Assembly (NCBI GenBank): GCA_002367635.1
Contig: DFDI01000090.1
Location: forward strand, 36,412-94,168
Origin: Betaproteobacteria bacterium UBA3031
GTDB lineage: Bacteria > Pseudomonadota > Gammaproteobacteria > Burkholderiales > Eutrophovitaceae
Direction: 5' to 3'
DNA length: 57,757 nucleotides
Of the stretch, positions 33,418 through 41,638 are shown piece by piece (positions within the stretch are counted from its first letter, which is position 1; each line of letters opens with the position of its first letter). Position numbers and translations under genes: made by a program. The notes below the pieces were generated by a model, which was given only the letters and a program-made list of their open reading frames with translations, was not told where the DNA came from and made no database searches.

Positions 33418-34320
33418 GTGACTAACATGGATCTTTGCCTTCCGCCGCACTCGACGGTCAACCCCTTAGCATTTTCAGTTCCACCCTATTCGTGTGACTG
33501 TCATGCTCATATCATTGGCCCTGTAGCCCTATTTCCGCAAATCGAGGATCGATCATATAGCTCACCCGAAGCCTCCCTGGAATCGTATCTAACCTTACAT
33601 CGAAAGCTAGGCATCATGCGCGCGATCATCGTACAGCCCTCTATCTATGGTTGCGATAATCGAGTCACGCTTGACGCGATAAGTCGGTATGGCGCCACGA
33701 ATGCTCGGGGCATTGCCGTGGTGACTCCTCAGATTTTGGACTCTGAATTAGAAACGCTTCACTTGGGCGGCATTCGTGGCGTTAGATTTAACTTATTATT
33801 TAAAGGTGGCGCCTCTTTGAAGGACTTAGAATATATCGCGCAAAAGATTGCCGGTTTTAAATGGCATATACAGCTGCTGATTGATGTTTCCCAACTTGAA
33901 GCAATCGCTTCTCGATTGCGCAAATTACCCGTTCAGGTGGTTTTCGATCACATGGGGCATATGCCCACTAACCTGGGCGTTCAACATTCTGGTTTTCAGA
34001 CATTAATCAACCTGATGAAAGAAGGCTGCGCATGGGCGAAAGTATCCGGCAACTACCGCATCTCGTCTGCTGGGCAGCCATACCGCGATGCAATACCGTT
34101 CGCGCAAGCTTTAATTGCAGCGTCACCAGGCCGAGTAGTTTGGGGTACTGATTGGCCCCATCCGGGTTTGTACGACGGAATGCCTAACGACGGTGATTTG
34201 CTCGGCGCGCTCGACGATTACGCGCCATCGAGCAAGCTCAAACAGACAATATTGGTTGATAACCCAGAAAAGCTTTATGGTTTTGATCCACAACCGTTGG
34301 AGAATAAATATGAAAGATGA
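33418..34320 (+). CDS. Amidohydrolase_2-family metal-dependent hydrolase (LigI/lactonase-like)
   Basis: 300 aa with metal-ligand motifs CDCHAHI and a late GTDWPHP. GTG start with AGGAGG 7 nt upstream. Confidence 0.7.
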   Translation: MTNMDLCLPPHSTVNPLAFSVPPYSCDCHAHIIGPVALFPQIEDRSYSSPEASLESYLTLHRKLGIMRAIIVQPSIYGCDNRVTLDAISRYGATNARGIAVVTPQILDSELETLHLGGIRGVRFNLLFKGGASLKDLEYIAQKIAGFKWHIQLLIDVSQLEAIASRLRKLPVQVVFDHMGHMPTNLGVQHSGFQTLINLMKEGCAWAKVSGNYRISSAGQPYRDAIPFAQALIAASPGRVVWGTDWPHPGLYDGMPNDGDLLGALDDYAPSSKLKQTILVDNPEKLYGFDPQPLENKYER

Positions 34321-35095
34321 GGATAAACGCTCTTTTTCTATGGGTGCCTACCAACTCGATATTATTGTTCACGGGTATCCAGGGAAAAGCGTGTGTCATG
34401 GTCCTCTTGGGTTCAGCACCATCGCGCTTGTCCGCCACGAAAACTACACTGCACTTATTGATGTGGGCGGATTCGGTCAGCGTTTGATACTGAACCAACG
34501 GCTAAAGGAGCTTGGAATTAGCCCCGAAGAAGTTACAGATGTTTTATTAACGCACTCACATTTCGACCATGCAATCAACTGGGTGAATTTTCCTAACGCG
34601 AACATCTATCTATCTCAAACAGAAATGACGTGGGCACTACAGCAACCTGCGGGCAAAACATACGTACCCGAACTGTATATATCGGCGCTTCAAAATCACG
34701 CGAACCTCGTACTGATAGAGCATGACCAACAGATTCTGCCGGGGATTAAATCTTTAATTTGTCCAGGACACACACCGGGTAGCACAGTCTATGTGCTCGA
34801 TACGGGAGATTGCGATGTCGTCTTTACGGGTGACGCGTGTAAAAATCGAGCGGAATTGGTTTCAAGAGCGGCCGATATGACCTATGACAAAACCGTTACT
34901 GAAGAATCCATTAATAAAATTTGGAATGCTTGGTCTCGTCGTGTCGGCGGGTTGTTAATTCCTGGCCATGACCTCCCCATGACTCTTGAGAGGGATTCGA
35001 TCCAATACATCGGCACTCATCAAGCGTCCATCAAAGCTTGGCTAGACGATCAACTCAACAAAACCACGATCATCTCATTAACCCCAAGCCATTAA
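34310..35095 (+). CDS. Metallo-beta-lactamase-fold hydrolase
   Basis: HxHxDH motif (LTHSHFDHAINW), a later PGHTPGS, and GDA/PGHD. ATG 34310 has GGAG 7 nt upstream and overlaps the amidohydrolase stop by 11 nt. The ORF-track start at 34193 lies inside the upstream gene. Confidence 0.75.
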   Translation: MKDEDKRSFSMGAYQLDIIVHGYPGKSVCHGPLGFSTIALVRHENYTALIDVGGFGQRLILNQRLKELGISPEEVTDVLLTHSHFDHAINWVNFPNANIYLSQTEMTWALQQPAGKTYVPELYISALQNHANLVLIEHDQQILPGIKSLICPGHTPGSTVYVLDTGDCDVVFTGDACKNRAELVSRAADMTYDKTVTEESINKIWNAWSRRVGGLLIPGHDLPMTLERDSIQYIGTHQASIKAWLDDQLNKTTIISLTPSH

Positions 35096-35096
35096 A

Positions 35097-36026
35097 TTAA
35101 GCTGGAACTTCGCCCTTCACAGTTGTTCGATACAATTCTCTTCTATGTCCATCATAGTCATTAAACGCATGATGACAACAACCACGATTATCCCAAAGCA
35201 CGAACGTATCTTGCTCCCATCTTAGTCGACACGTGAAGGCCGGTTGCGTGACATGTTCTTTAAGAAAACTCAGAAGCCCTGATGACTCGTCAGCGGTTAA
35301 ACCCTCGATACCGTTTGAATACGTTTGATCAACATACAGCGCTCGCTCACCCGACTTAGGATGAGTACGTACGAGCGGATGAAAACTTCCCTCAACCATA
35401 CTTTGCGTTTTCATATCGAGCTCCATTGAACCAAACCCTTTAGTCCGGCCGCCATCAACATCTTTTTTGCGCTTGTCTTCCGCCTCTTTTTTAAGCTGAT
35501 TGACAACACCATTCGCCGAAAAATGAATTTTCAATGGGGCGACAAGGTCCTTCATGGTTTCGCTTAAACAATTGTAAGCAAGCACTGTATTTGCCCACAT
35601 GGTGTCGCCACCATAGGGCGGAACTTCTACCCCGTAGAGCATACTCACAGAAGGTGGTTGCTTCATGAATGGAGAATCAACATGCCAACCATTACCAAAC
35701 ACCATATCAACACGAGCGTCTGCTTCCATAATTACTGGATGAACATTACGATGGCCATCAACGCCTGTTGTGTACGCATCATCTGCAAATTCACCAAAAC
35801 GCAAGGAGAATGACTCTTGATCCGCATGCGAGAATTTTTGGTTTCTTAAATAAATCATTTTGTGTCTATAGAGCGCATCCTCGACCTCTAGAAATTGAGC
35901 GTCGGTAATGGTGCTGATATCAACGCCCCTGATTTCGGCACCCATCGCCGCTGCTAATGGAGTCGCTGTAATATGTGAGTAGCTTTTGGGAGTGTTATCA
36001 AATTTTCTAGTGGGATGGACCTTCAT
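35097..36026 (-). CDS. TauD/TfdA-family Fe(II)/2-oxoglutarate dioxygenase
   Basis: 309 aa with an HxD facial-triad region (WHVDSPF), a distal His (CCHHAF) and R near the C-terminus. Substrate (taurine or other) cannot be determined. Confidence 0.75.
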   Translation of the reverse strand: MKVHPTRKFDNTPKSYSHITATPLAAAMGAEIRGVDISTITDAQFLEVEDALYRHKMIYLRNQKFSHADQESFSLRFGEFADDAYTTGVDGHRNVHPVIMEADARVDMVFGNGWHVDSPFMKQPPSVSMLYGVEVPPYGGDTMWANTVLAYNCLSETMKDLVAPLKIHFSANGVVNQLKKEAEDKRKKDVDGGRTKGFGSMELDMKTQSMVEGSFHPLVRTHPKSGERALYVDQTYSNGIEGLTADESSGLLSFLKEHVTQPAFTCRLRWEQDTFVLWDNRGCCHHAFNDYDGHRRELYRTTVKGEVPA

Positions 36027-36133
36027 CTTTCCGACTCCTTATCCTATCTAACGTTAGATTTGTACTCCGCGGCCAAACAAATCACATGAGAAAAATCGCA
36101 CCTCGACCAAAAGAGTAAGCGCACAAGTTAAAA

Positions 36134-37918
36134 CTAATTGATCTTTACATCTCCACCACTCGCATAGACCGCATAGAGCTTCTCATATCGACCTTTTTGG
36201 TTCATCAGCTCATCGTGGGTACCGACTTCAACGATTCGGCCTGAATCCATGACAACAATTCTATCGACATTTTCTATTGTAGAGAATCGATGAGCAATAA
36301 TAATGGTTGTTCGACCCTGCCTGAGTCGCTCAAATGCCTCTTTCACAAGCTTTTCCGAAGCAGCATCAAGTGCCGATGTGGCCTCGTCCATTATGACGAT
36401 GGGGGCATCTTTAAACAGCGTACGAGCAATCGCTAATCGCTGACGTTGACCACCTGATAACTTCATTCCTTTCTCACCAACACCCGACTCGAAGCCGTCT
36501 GCGAGTTTATTGATAAATTCTGTTGCAAATGCACCATCAGCGGCATCTATAATCCGTTGCGGTTCAGCCTCGGCAGCAGATCCATAAATAATATTAGCTA
36601 CTACCGAGTCATTGAATAGCGCGACTTCTTGACTCACCAGTGCAATATTGGAACGCAAATTCTTCAAAGTAATGGCTGCTATTTCCTGGCCATCAACGAA
36701 TACTCGACCTTTTGTTGGGGAAAAAAATCTCGGCAACATGTTTGCCAAGGTGGTTTTGCCACTTCCAGAACTACCAACAATAGCCACACTCTCTCCCGGC
36801 TTAATTGTTAAATCAATCTCCTCCAGCGCGTAAGCATCAGCACCGGGATATTTGAATGACACGCCATCAAAAACGATCTCTCCACGAACCGATTCTAACT
36901 CGACTGTTCCTTCGTCCTCCTCCGACTCTTCATCAATGAGACCGAAGACACTTTCACACGCAGCCAAACCTCTTTGTAAGTGCTCCATGATGCCGGTGAG
37001 TCGTTTTATGGGCGACGTCAGCATCAACAGTGCGGCCAGATATGAAACAAAACCCCCTACCGTAATTTCACCCACCCGCACCTGACCCATCACGTGGTAA
37101 ATCACAACAGCAGTAGCAATGGAGGCTATGAGTTGAACAATCGGCACATTTGCCGCTACCGCCATCGTCTGCTTCATCAACAGTCTGCGTAACTTGTTAC
37201 TCGCTTCGAAAAAACGTTTACGCTCCGCTTCCTGTCCACTGAAAATTTTAACGACTTTATTGCAATCGATTGATTCTTGAACGACCTCAGTAACCGTGCC
37301 GACTGAGTCCTGAGTTTCTCTACTTGCCCAACGTAATCGACCATTAAAATATCGCACGACGAGTGCGATCGGCGGCAACATAATGAGTGATATAAGGGTT
37401 AACTTCCAATCAAGGTAAATTAAGTATCCCAGCAACCCGATAACGGTTAACGAGTCTTTAACGAATACGGTGATGACCTGAGTAGCTGCATATTGGACCA
37501 ACGAGACATCAAAGGTGAATTTAGATAATTGGCTTCCAGAGCTGTGTTCGTGAAAATACTTCAACGGCAAAACGAGTATCTTCTCAAACATCTCCTCTCG
37601 CAGATCCATAACCATCTTGTTTCCGACCCATGCACTCGCATATTGGGCAATAAACCCGCCAACCCCTCGCACTAAAAAAATCAGGACGAGCGCAATCGGC
37701 GTCCAGGTCATTAAAGTGGGATCTTTATCAATAAAAGTGCCATCTAAGAACGGCTTAATCACGACCGGGAGCGCGACTTCTGTGGCCGCAGCGAGGATCA
37801 TTCCAAAAATCGATATTGAGAATACCAGTGAGTAAGGCTTGAGGTATCCCAACAAACGAAAATAAAGCTGTGAGCTCTTTTCTGTTTCCATCGATCGCAA
37901 TTTAACAGACCCCGACAA
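36134..37918 (-). CDS. msbA: Lipid A export ATP-binding/permease protein MsbA (ABC-B half transporter)
   Basis: Collinear with E. coli MsbA, including family-specific stretches: PIVQLIASIATAVVIY vs PIIQLIASLALAFVLY, and LQRGLAACESVFGLIDEESEEDEG vs [24 protein letters not shown]. Walker A GSSGSGKT and signature LSGGQRQR are present. The start is uncertain (TTG 37918 or ATG 37891). Confidence 0.8.
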   Translation of the reverse strand: MSGSVKLRSMETEKSSQLYFRLLGYLKPYSLVFSISIFGMILAAATEVALPVVIKPFLDGTFIDKDPTLMTWTPIALVLIFLVRGVGGFIAQYASAWVGNKMVMDLREEMFEKILVLPLKYFHEHSSGSQLSKFTFDVSLVQYAATQVITVFVKDSLTVIGLLGYLIYLDWKLTLISLIMLPPIALVVRYFNGRLRWASRETQDSVGTVTEVVQESIDCNKVVKIFSGQEAERKRFFEASNKLRRLLMKQTMAVAANVPIVQLIASIATAVVIYHVMGQVRVGEITVGGFVSYLAALLMLTSPIKRLTGIMEHLQRGLAACESVFGLIDEESEEDEGTVELESVRGEIVFDGVSFKYPGADAYALEEIDLTIKPGESVAIVGSSGSGKTTLANMLPRFFSPTKGRVFVDGQEIAAITLKNLRSNIALVSQEVALFNDSVVANIIYGSAAEAEPQRIIDAADGAFATEFINKLADGFESGVGEKGMKLSGGQRQRLAIARTLFKDAPIVIMDEATSALDAASEKLVKEAFERLRQGRTTIIIAHRFSTIENVDRIVVMDSGRIVEVGTHDELMNQKGRYEKLYAVYASGGDVKIN

Positions 37919-37976
37919 AAACGACCAGCATTGTTGGGGTCTGCTTGAGAGTTAACCTTGCATTAAGATCTCGGGC

Positions 37977-40070
37977 TCATTGGCCAAACGCATAGCCTGC
38001 AGTGATGAACACGGATCGTTCTGGCAACGGGTAAAAATTAAATGCATCGCTACCAGTTGTAGTGCTATTCACGGCAAATGTAAAATACTCTCGGCCTAAG
38101 GCATTATTCACATTAAGTGCGAGCGTCCAAGGACCTACATTTTTTCTAATGTTGAGATCAAGAACAGAATAGCTGGGTATTTTCCTTCCGAAAGAATTAA
38201 TTTCATCATTGGTCATAAATTGATCACTCGTGTAATTCAGTTTAGCGCCCGCCGTATAGTTGTTATAAAGGGCTAAATCCGCCGATAACCCAATCTTATT
38301 CCGTGGCACCAACGGAATATCTTTGTTCACGAGCGAAACCCCATCGCGCTCGCCATTTAAAAATTTTGGCTGAATGTAAGAAAAATTACCCCTAACCAAC
38401 CAACGCTCATCTCGCCAAGTCGTTTGAAGCTCGATCCCACGCCTTTGCGTGACGGAGTAATTTGTATTTACGAACTCAACTGGATCTAATCGAATTTCAT
38501 TTCGAGTATCCGTTTGAAATACACTTGCACTCACAAAAGCTTGTTTGCAAGCCAGGCTCACTCCAATTTCGTGCGTATAACTAACCTGTGGCTCCAAAAA
38601 AACGAACGTTCTGTCATTTTCAAAGGTTTGGCCATTAAAGCCATTATCAAATACCTCGTCTGAATTGGCGACGCGGAAGGCTCGGCTGGTACTGACGTCG
38701 ATATCCACTCCACTCTCCATAGAGTAAGTAGCCCCAAGATCGTAGGCATTGTTTTTCAAAGTCTGTGATTTTGGCGCAGCGGCATTATTAGTGGTGCCAA
38801 AAGGAGTTGGTGCCGCCGCATTCACAGCGTCATTAGCTTCGCCATCCTGTTGTTCGTGTCGAAAACCCAAAACAGCGGTTAGCTGTTCCGTAACGCCGAA
38901 TGTGCCTCTACCATAGATGCCTAAGTTGGTCTGATCCAAATCAGCGACACCAAATGGCTGGGTCAAAATCGTCGATGGAGTAGTCGCTCGTGTGTGAGTG
39001 CGGTCCCACTTAAAATAATCTAATCCAAAAATAAATTCACTACCCATTAAGAGGTCCGCGGCATCATATTTCGCACGAGGTGATAGTTGCCATACCGTAG
39101 TTTCGATGTTGGAGAATTCGTCATCGACCTCTGAGAATAACGAAGAATCGCTATCCCGAAACGAAATTTCCTCAATTATTGTCCACCGCCCCATGTCTTG
39201 CTTTAATGAGAGCGTCACGTTATTTCCATCGAGTGTAGAAAAGTCATTCTTAGAGTCTGACGATTGCCGATCAATAGAACTAATAGGTGTTCCACCACCT
39301 GGATTTATACGCAGATCTCCTGGTGTTCGAAGATCTTGTCTATCGGCACCAGCGGAAAATGTGAGTGTGTTTACATCACCAAACCACTGATAATCTAATT
39401 TAACGACTGAACGCCTCTCCTCATTATTCTCTCGATAATTATCGGAATTATAACGTTGGCCAAAGATCCAAAGCCCCGCGTTGTCTCCTGAAGTAGCACC
39501 TGAAATGTCCATTGAGCGGGTCCCAAATGAACCCAAATCAGTGCGTACATTCGCAGTTCTTTCGTTCGGTTTTTGTCGCTTCGTAATGACATTTATGTAA
39601 CCTGCCGTTGCCCCTGCGCCATAAAGAACGCCGCCAGACCCTTTTACAATCTCGATGCGGTCAATGCTGTCGAGCGGAATTGACGACCAGTTAACAGAAC
39701 TTAGGTCATTGTTCTTAATCCTCACTCCGTTGAGCAACACAAGAGTGTTCTCGTCTCCCACCGCACCATAGCCCCGTATGTCGATTGCTGCTGACTGGCT
39801 ACCGTTACCAAAAAAATTGTTTACTAGGGATATTCCACTGTGGGACGACAGAAATTCCGGCAGACTTTGGTGGCCGGCCACCTCAATCTGGTTTGCGGTA
39901 ATAATTTCCATGCCCAAGGGCGCCCGTGAGGATTTCTCCTCAAAACGATCGAGCGTAACCAAAACAGGGTCAATGTTTATTTGTTGTTGTGCGTGCGCTG
40001 GACTTGTCACTAAAAAGCAAGCCAAGAAGGCTGTAGCCAAGGATAATCTCGACTGTAAGGGGTGATTCAT
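37977..40070 (-). CDS. TonB-dependent outer-membrane receptor, cobalamin-riboswitch controlled (BtuB-like function inferred)
   Basis: Signal peptide MNHPLQSRLSLATAFLACFLVTSPAHA, TonB box DPVLVT, a plug domain (IDRIEIVKGSGGVLYG) and a long beta-barrel. ATG 40070 has GAGG 6 nt upstream. The ORF-track start at 40148 lies inside the riboswitch. Confidence 0.85.
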   Translation of the reverse strand: MNHPLQSRLSLATAFLACFLVTSPAHAQQQINIDPVLVTLDRFEEKSSRAPLGMEIITANQIEVAGHQSLPEFLSSHSGISLVNNFFGNGSQSAAIDIRGYGAVGDENTLVLLNGVRIKNNDLSSVNWSSIPLDSIDRIEIVKGSGGVLYGAGATAGYINVITKRQKPNERTANVRTDLGSFGTRSMDISGATSGDNAGLWIFGQRYNSDNYRENNEERRSVVKLDYQWFGDVNTLTFSAGADRQDLRTPGDLRINPGGGTPISSIDRQSSDSKNDFSTLDGNNVTLSLKQDMGRWTIIEEISFRDSDSSLFSEVDDEFSNIETTVWQLSPRAKYDAADLLMGSEFIFGLDYFKWDRTHTRATTPSTILTQPFGVADLDQTNLGIYGRGTFGVTEQLTAVLGFRHEQQDGEANDAVNAAAPTPFGTTNNAAAPKSQTLKNNAYDLGATYSMESGVDIDVSTSRAFRVANSDEVFDNGFNGQTFENDRTFVFLEPQVSYTHEIGVSLACKQAFVSASVFQTDTRNEIRLDPVEFVNTNYSVTQRRGIELQTTWRDERWLVRGNFSYIQPKFLNGERDGVSLVNKDIPLVPRNKIGLSADLALYNNYTAGAKLNYTSDQFMTNDEINSFGRKIPSYSVLDLNIRKNVGPWTLALNVNNALGREYFTFAVNSTTTGSDAFNFYPLPERSVFITAGYAFGQ

Positions 40071-40149
40071 TGGAGACCTCATTAAGTAATTTTTGCACCC
40101 GCCGTGCAAAGTTAAATTCGATGCCGACAAGTCGACACCACCACACATT

Positions 40150-40369
40150 CAGTGGCCGGTCTCCGGGCTCACAAGTAATACCTTCACGCCTTTTCTAAAA
40201 ATCGATAGTAAGTACTCGCCTTCTAGATGGCTCAGTAGTTTATGGGCTACTGGTGTAAAGTTCGCGCTTGTTTACCGTTGCGGGGGCAGCACAGGGATCA
40301 CTCATATTTAAGATTCACCTGTTTCCCGATTATCCCGTTTGCCCTAGAAAGAGCGCACAGGCACCACTG
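40150..40369 (-). promoter_or_regulatory. Cobalamin (B12) riboswitch aptamer
   Basis: The minus strand reads CAGTGG-TGCC...GGGATAATCGGGAAACAGGTGAA...CCCTGTGCTGCCCCCGCAACGGTAAAC...AGAAGGCG...GTGAGCCCGGAGACCGGCCACTG. P1 is CAGTGG/CCACTG. The conserved GGGAA/GGTGA core, GCTGCCCCCGCAAC(T/G)GTAA and the B12 box AGCCCGGAGACCGGCC are all present. It lies in the 5' leader of the TonB-dependent receptor. Confidence 0.88.
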
Positions 40370-40419
40370 ATTGAGATTGTACACAGTATACAAAAATAAG
40401 GCTGCAAAATCACGGTCAG

Positions 40420-40447
40420 TTGACTTTTTAACAGCGTCCCCTATAGT
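40420..40447 (+). promoter_or_regulatory. Sigma70-like promoter candidate for zapB-like/zapA/ssrS
   Basis: TTGACT (40420..40425), 16-nt spacer, TATAGT (40442..40447). The predicted TSS falls at or next to the ATG at 40454, and no SD precedes that ATG. Confidence 0.4.
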
Positions 40448-40453
40448 TTATCG

Positions 40454-40657
40454 ATGTACGCTCAACTTAAGTCCCTTGAACAAAAATTGGATGAATTAAT
40501 CCGCCTCACTCACAACCTCAGAGGCGAGAACTTTGCCCTGCGACAAAAGCTCGTTTTAGCTGAAAATCACAAGCAGGAACTGCAAAAAAGAATAGATCTT
40601 GCCGCCAACAAATTAGAAGCCTTAATAGAACGCAAAAAAGAAACGAGCCCTGCGTGA
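40454..40657 (+). CDS. ZapB-like coiled-coil protein (TIGR02449-type small protein upstream of zapA)
   Basis: 67-aa heptad-rich sequence (LEQKLDELIRLTHNLRGENFALRQKL...). Its stop overlaps the zapA GTG start (GTGA). Confidence 0.7.
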   Translation: MYAQLKSLEQKLDELIRLTHNLRGENFALRQKLVLAENHKQELQKRIDLAANKLEALIERKKETSPA

Positions 40658-40959
40658 ACGCCCCGACGATCTTAGAAGTGGAAATTCTTGGTAAACCCAT
40701 GCGGTTAACCTGCAAAGAAGATGAAAAAGAAGCTTTGCTCAACGCGGTCGCGTTACTCGATAATCAGATTAAAGACATTCGAGAAGGCGGAAAAATTGTC
40801 GGCTCCGATAGAATCGTGATCATGGCGGCTCTCAATATTTCCCACCAATTGCTCACCCTGCAAACCCGCGGTATCAATCTGGATGAGTTAAGAGGTAAAA
40901 TCGCTACGATGGGCAAACAAATTGACACCGTTTTAAATGACCAAGAAAAGCTATTTTAA
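40654..40959 (+). CDS. zapA: Cell division protein ZapA
   Basis: 101 aa, collinear with E. coli ZapA (VEILGKPMRLTC..., IVIMAALNISHQL vs LVFIAALNISYEL). Confidence 0.88.
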   Translation: MNAPTILEVEILGKPMRLTCKEDEKEALLNAVALLDNQIKDIREGGKIVGSDRIVIMAALNISHQLLTLQTRGINLDELRGKIATMGKQIDTVLNDQEKLF

Positions 40960-40961
40960 AG

Positions 40962-41142
40962 TTGCGTTTGCTGAGGAAGAGCTGCTCGATTAATTTTCTG
41001 AACCAATAAAATTGCTTAGGTTGCCGACTCATGCAATGCCTTTGCGCACGTCCCAGGTGGATGTACCTGCGGCATTCGGAAGGTGACCGCCTTGAACCTT
41101 TGGTTCAGGATAAAACGAGCAGCTCTTCCTCAGCGAATATCA
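40962..41142 (+). ncRNA. ssrS: 6S RNA
   Basis: Long closing stem GCTGAGGAAGAGCTGCTCG (40970..) pairing with CGAGCAGCTCTTCCTCAGC (..41134). Inner stem TCTGAACCAA / TTGGTTCAGG. The conserved CCTTGAACC...GGTTCA element is present. In the canonical position directly after zapA. Ends are approximate (+/-10 nt). Confidence 0.85.
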
Positions 41143-41164
41143 ACAGATACGATGGCTCTACAAA

Positions 41165-41638
41165 ATGACCAAATCAAGCCACACTCAATATTGGCTCATG
41201 AAATCAGAGCCCAACGTTTTTAGCATTGATGATCTGCAGCAATGTCCTAGAAAAACCGACCCATGGAATGGGGTGCGCAATTATCAAGCTCGAAATTTCA
41301 TGAAAGATGACATGGCGCTTGGAGACGGAGTACTGTTTTATCACTCCAACTGTTCGCCTCCCGGGATCGCCGGCTATGCCGAAGTCGCACGCGAAGCATA
41401 TCCCGATGCATCTCAATTCGATAAAGTGAGTGATTACTTCGACCCAAAGGCAACAAAAGAAAAGCCTCGTTGGTTTAATGTGGATATTAAATTTGTTCGG
41501 AAAACTGCGCTTTTATCCCTCCAGGACTTGAGGGAACACCCTCAACTCGAGAGTATGAAAGTACTTCAAAAAGGCTCCCGATTATCCATTACACCTGTAA
41601 CGTCGCAGGAGTGGCGCTACATCCAGACGCTAATCTGA
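41165..41638 (+). CDS. EVE (PUA-like) domain protein
   Basis: 157 aa with EVE motifs YWLMKSEPNVFSIDDL, WNGVRNYQARNFM, GDGVLFYHSN and YPD. Confidence 0.85.
   Translation: MTKSSHTQYWLMKSEPNVFSIDDLQQCPRKTDPWNGVRNYQARNFMKDDMALGDGVLFYHSNCSPPGIAGYAEVAREAYPDASQFDKVSDYFDPKATKEKPRWFNVDIKFVRKTALLSLQDLREHPQLESMKVLQKGSRLSITPVTSQEWRYIQTLI

Noticed and set aside
36134-37918. The idea that the ABC half-transporter after the B12-regulated receptor is an exporter-fold cobalamin importer (Rv1819c/BacA-like).
   Set aside because: The protein is collinear with E. coli MsbA, including MsbA-specific stretches in TM5/6 and the linker (PIVQLIASI..., LQRGLAACESVF...). The housekeeping lipid A flippase is the simpler reading. 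I kept only the read-through question, as a low-interest finding.
40093-40311. A 72-aa ORF, plus the N-terminal 26 codons of the ORF-track receptor model (up to 40148).
   Set aside because: Both lie inside the cobalamin riboswitch and its expression platform. The receptor has a proper signal peptide and SD only from ATG 40070.
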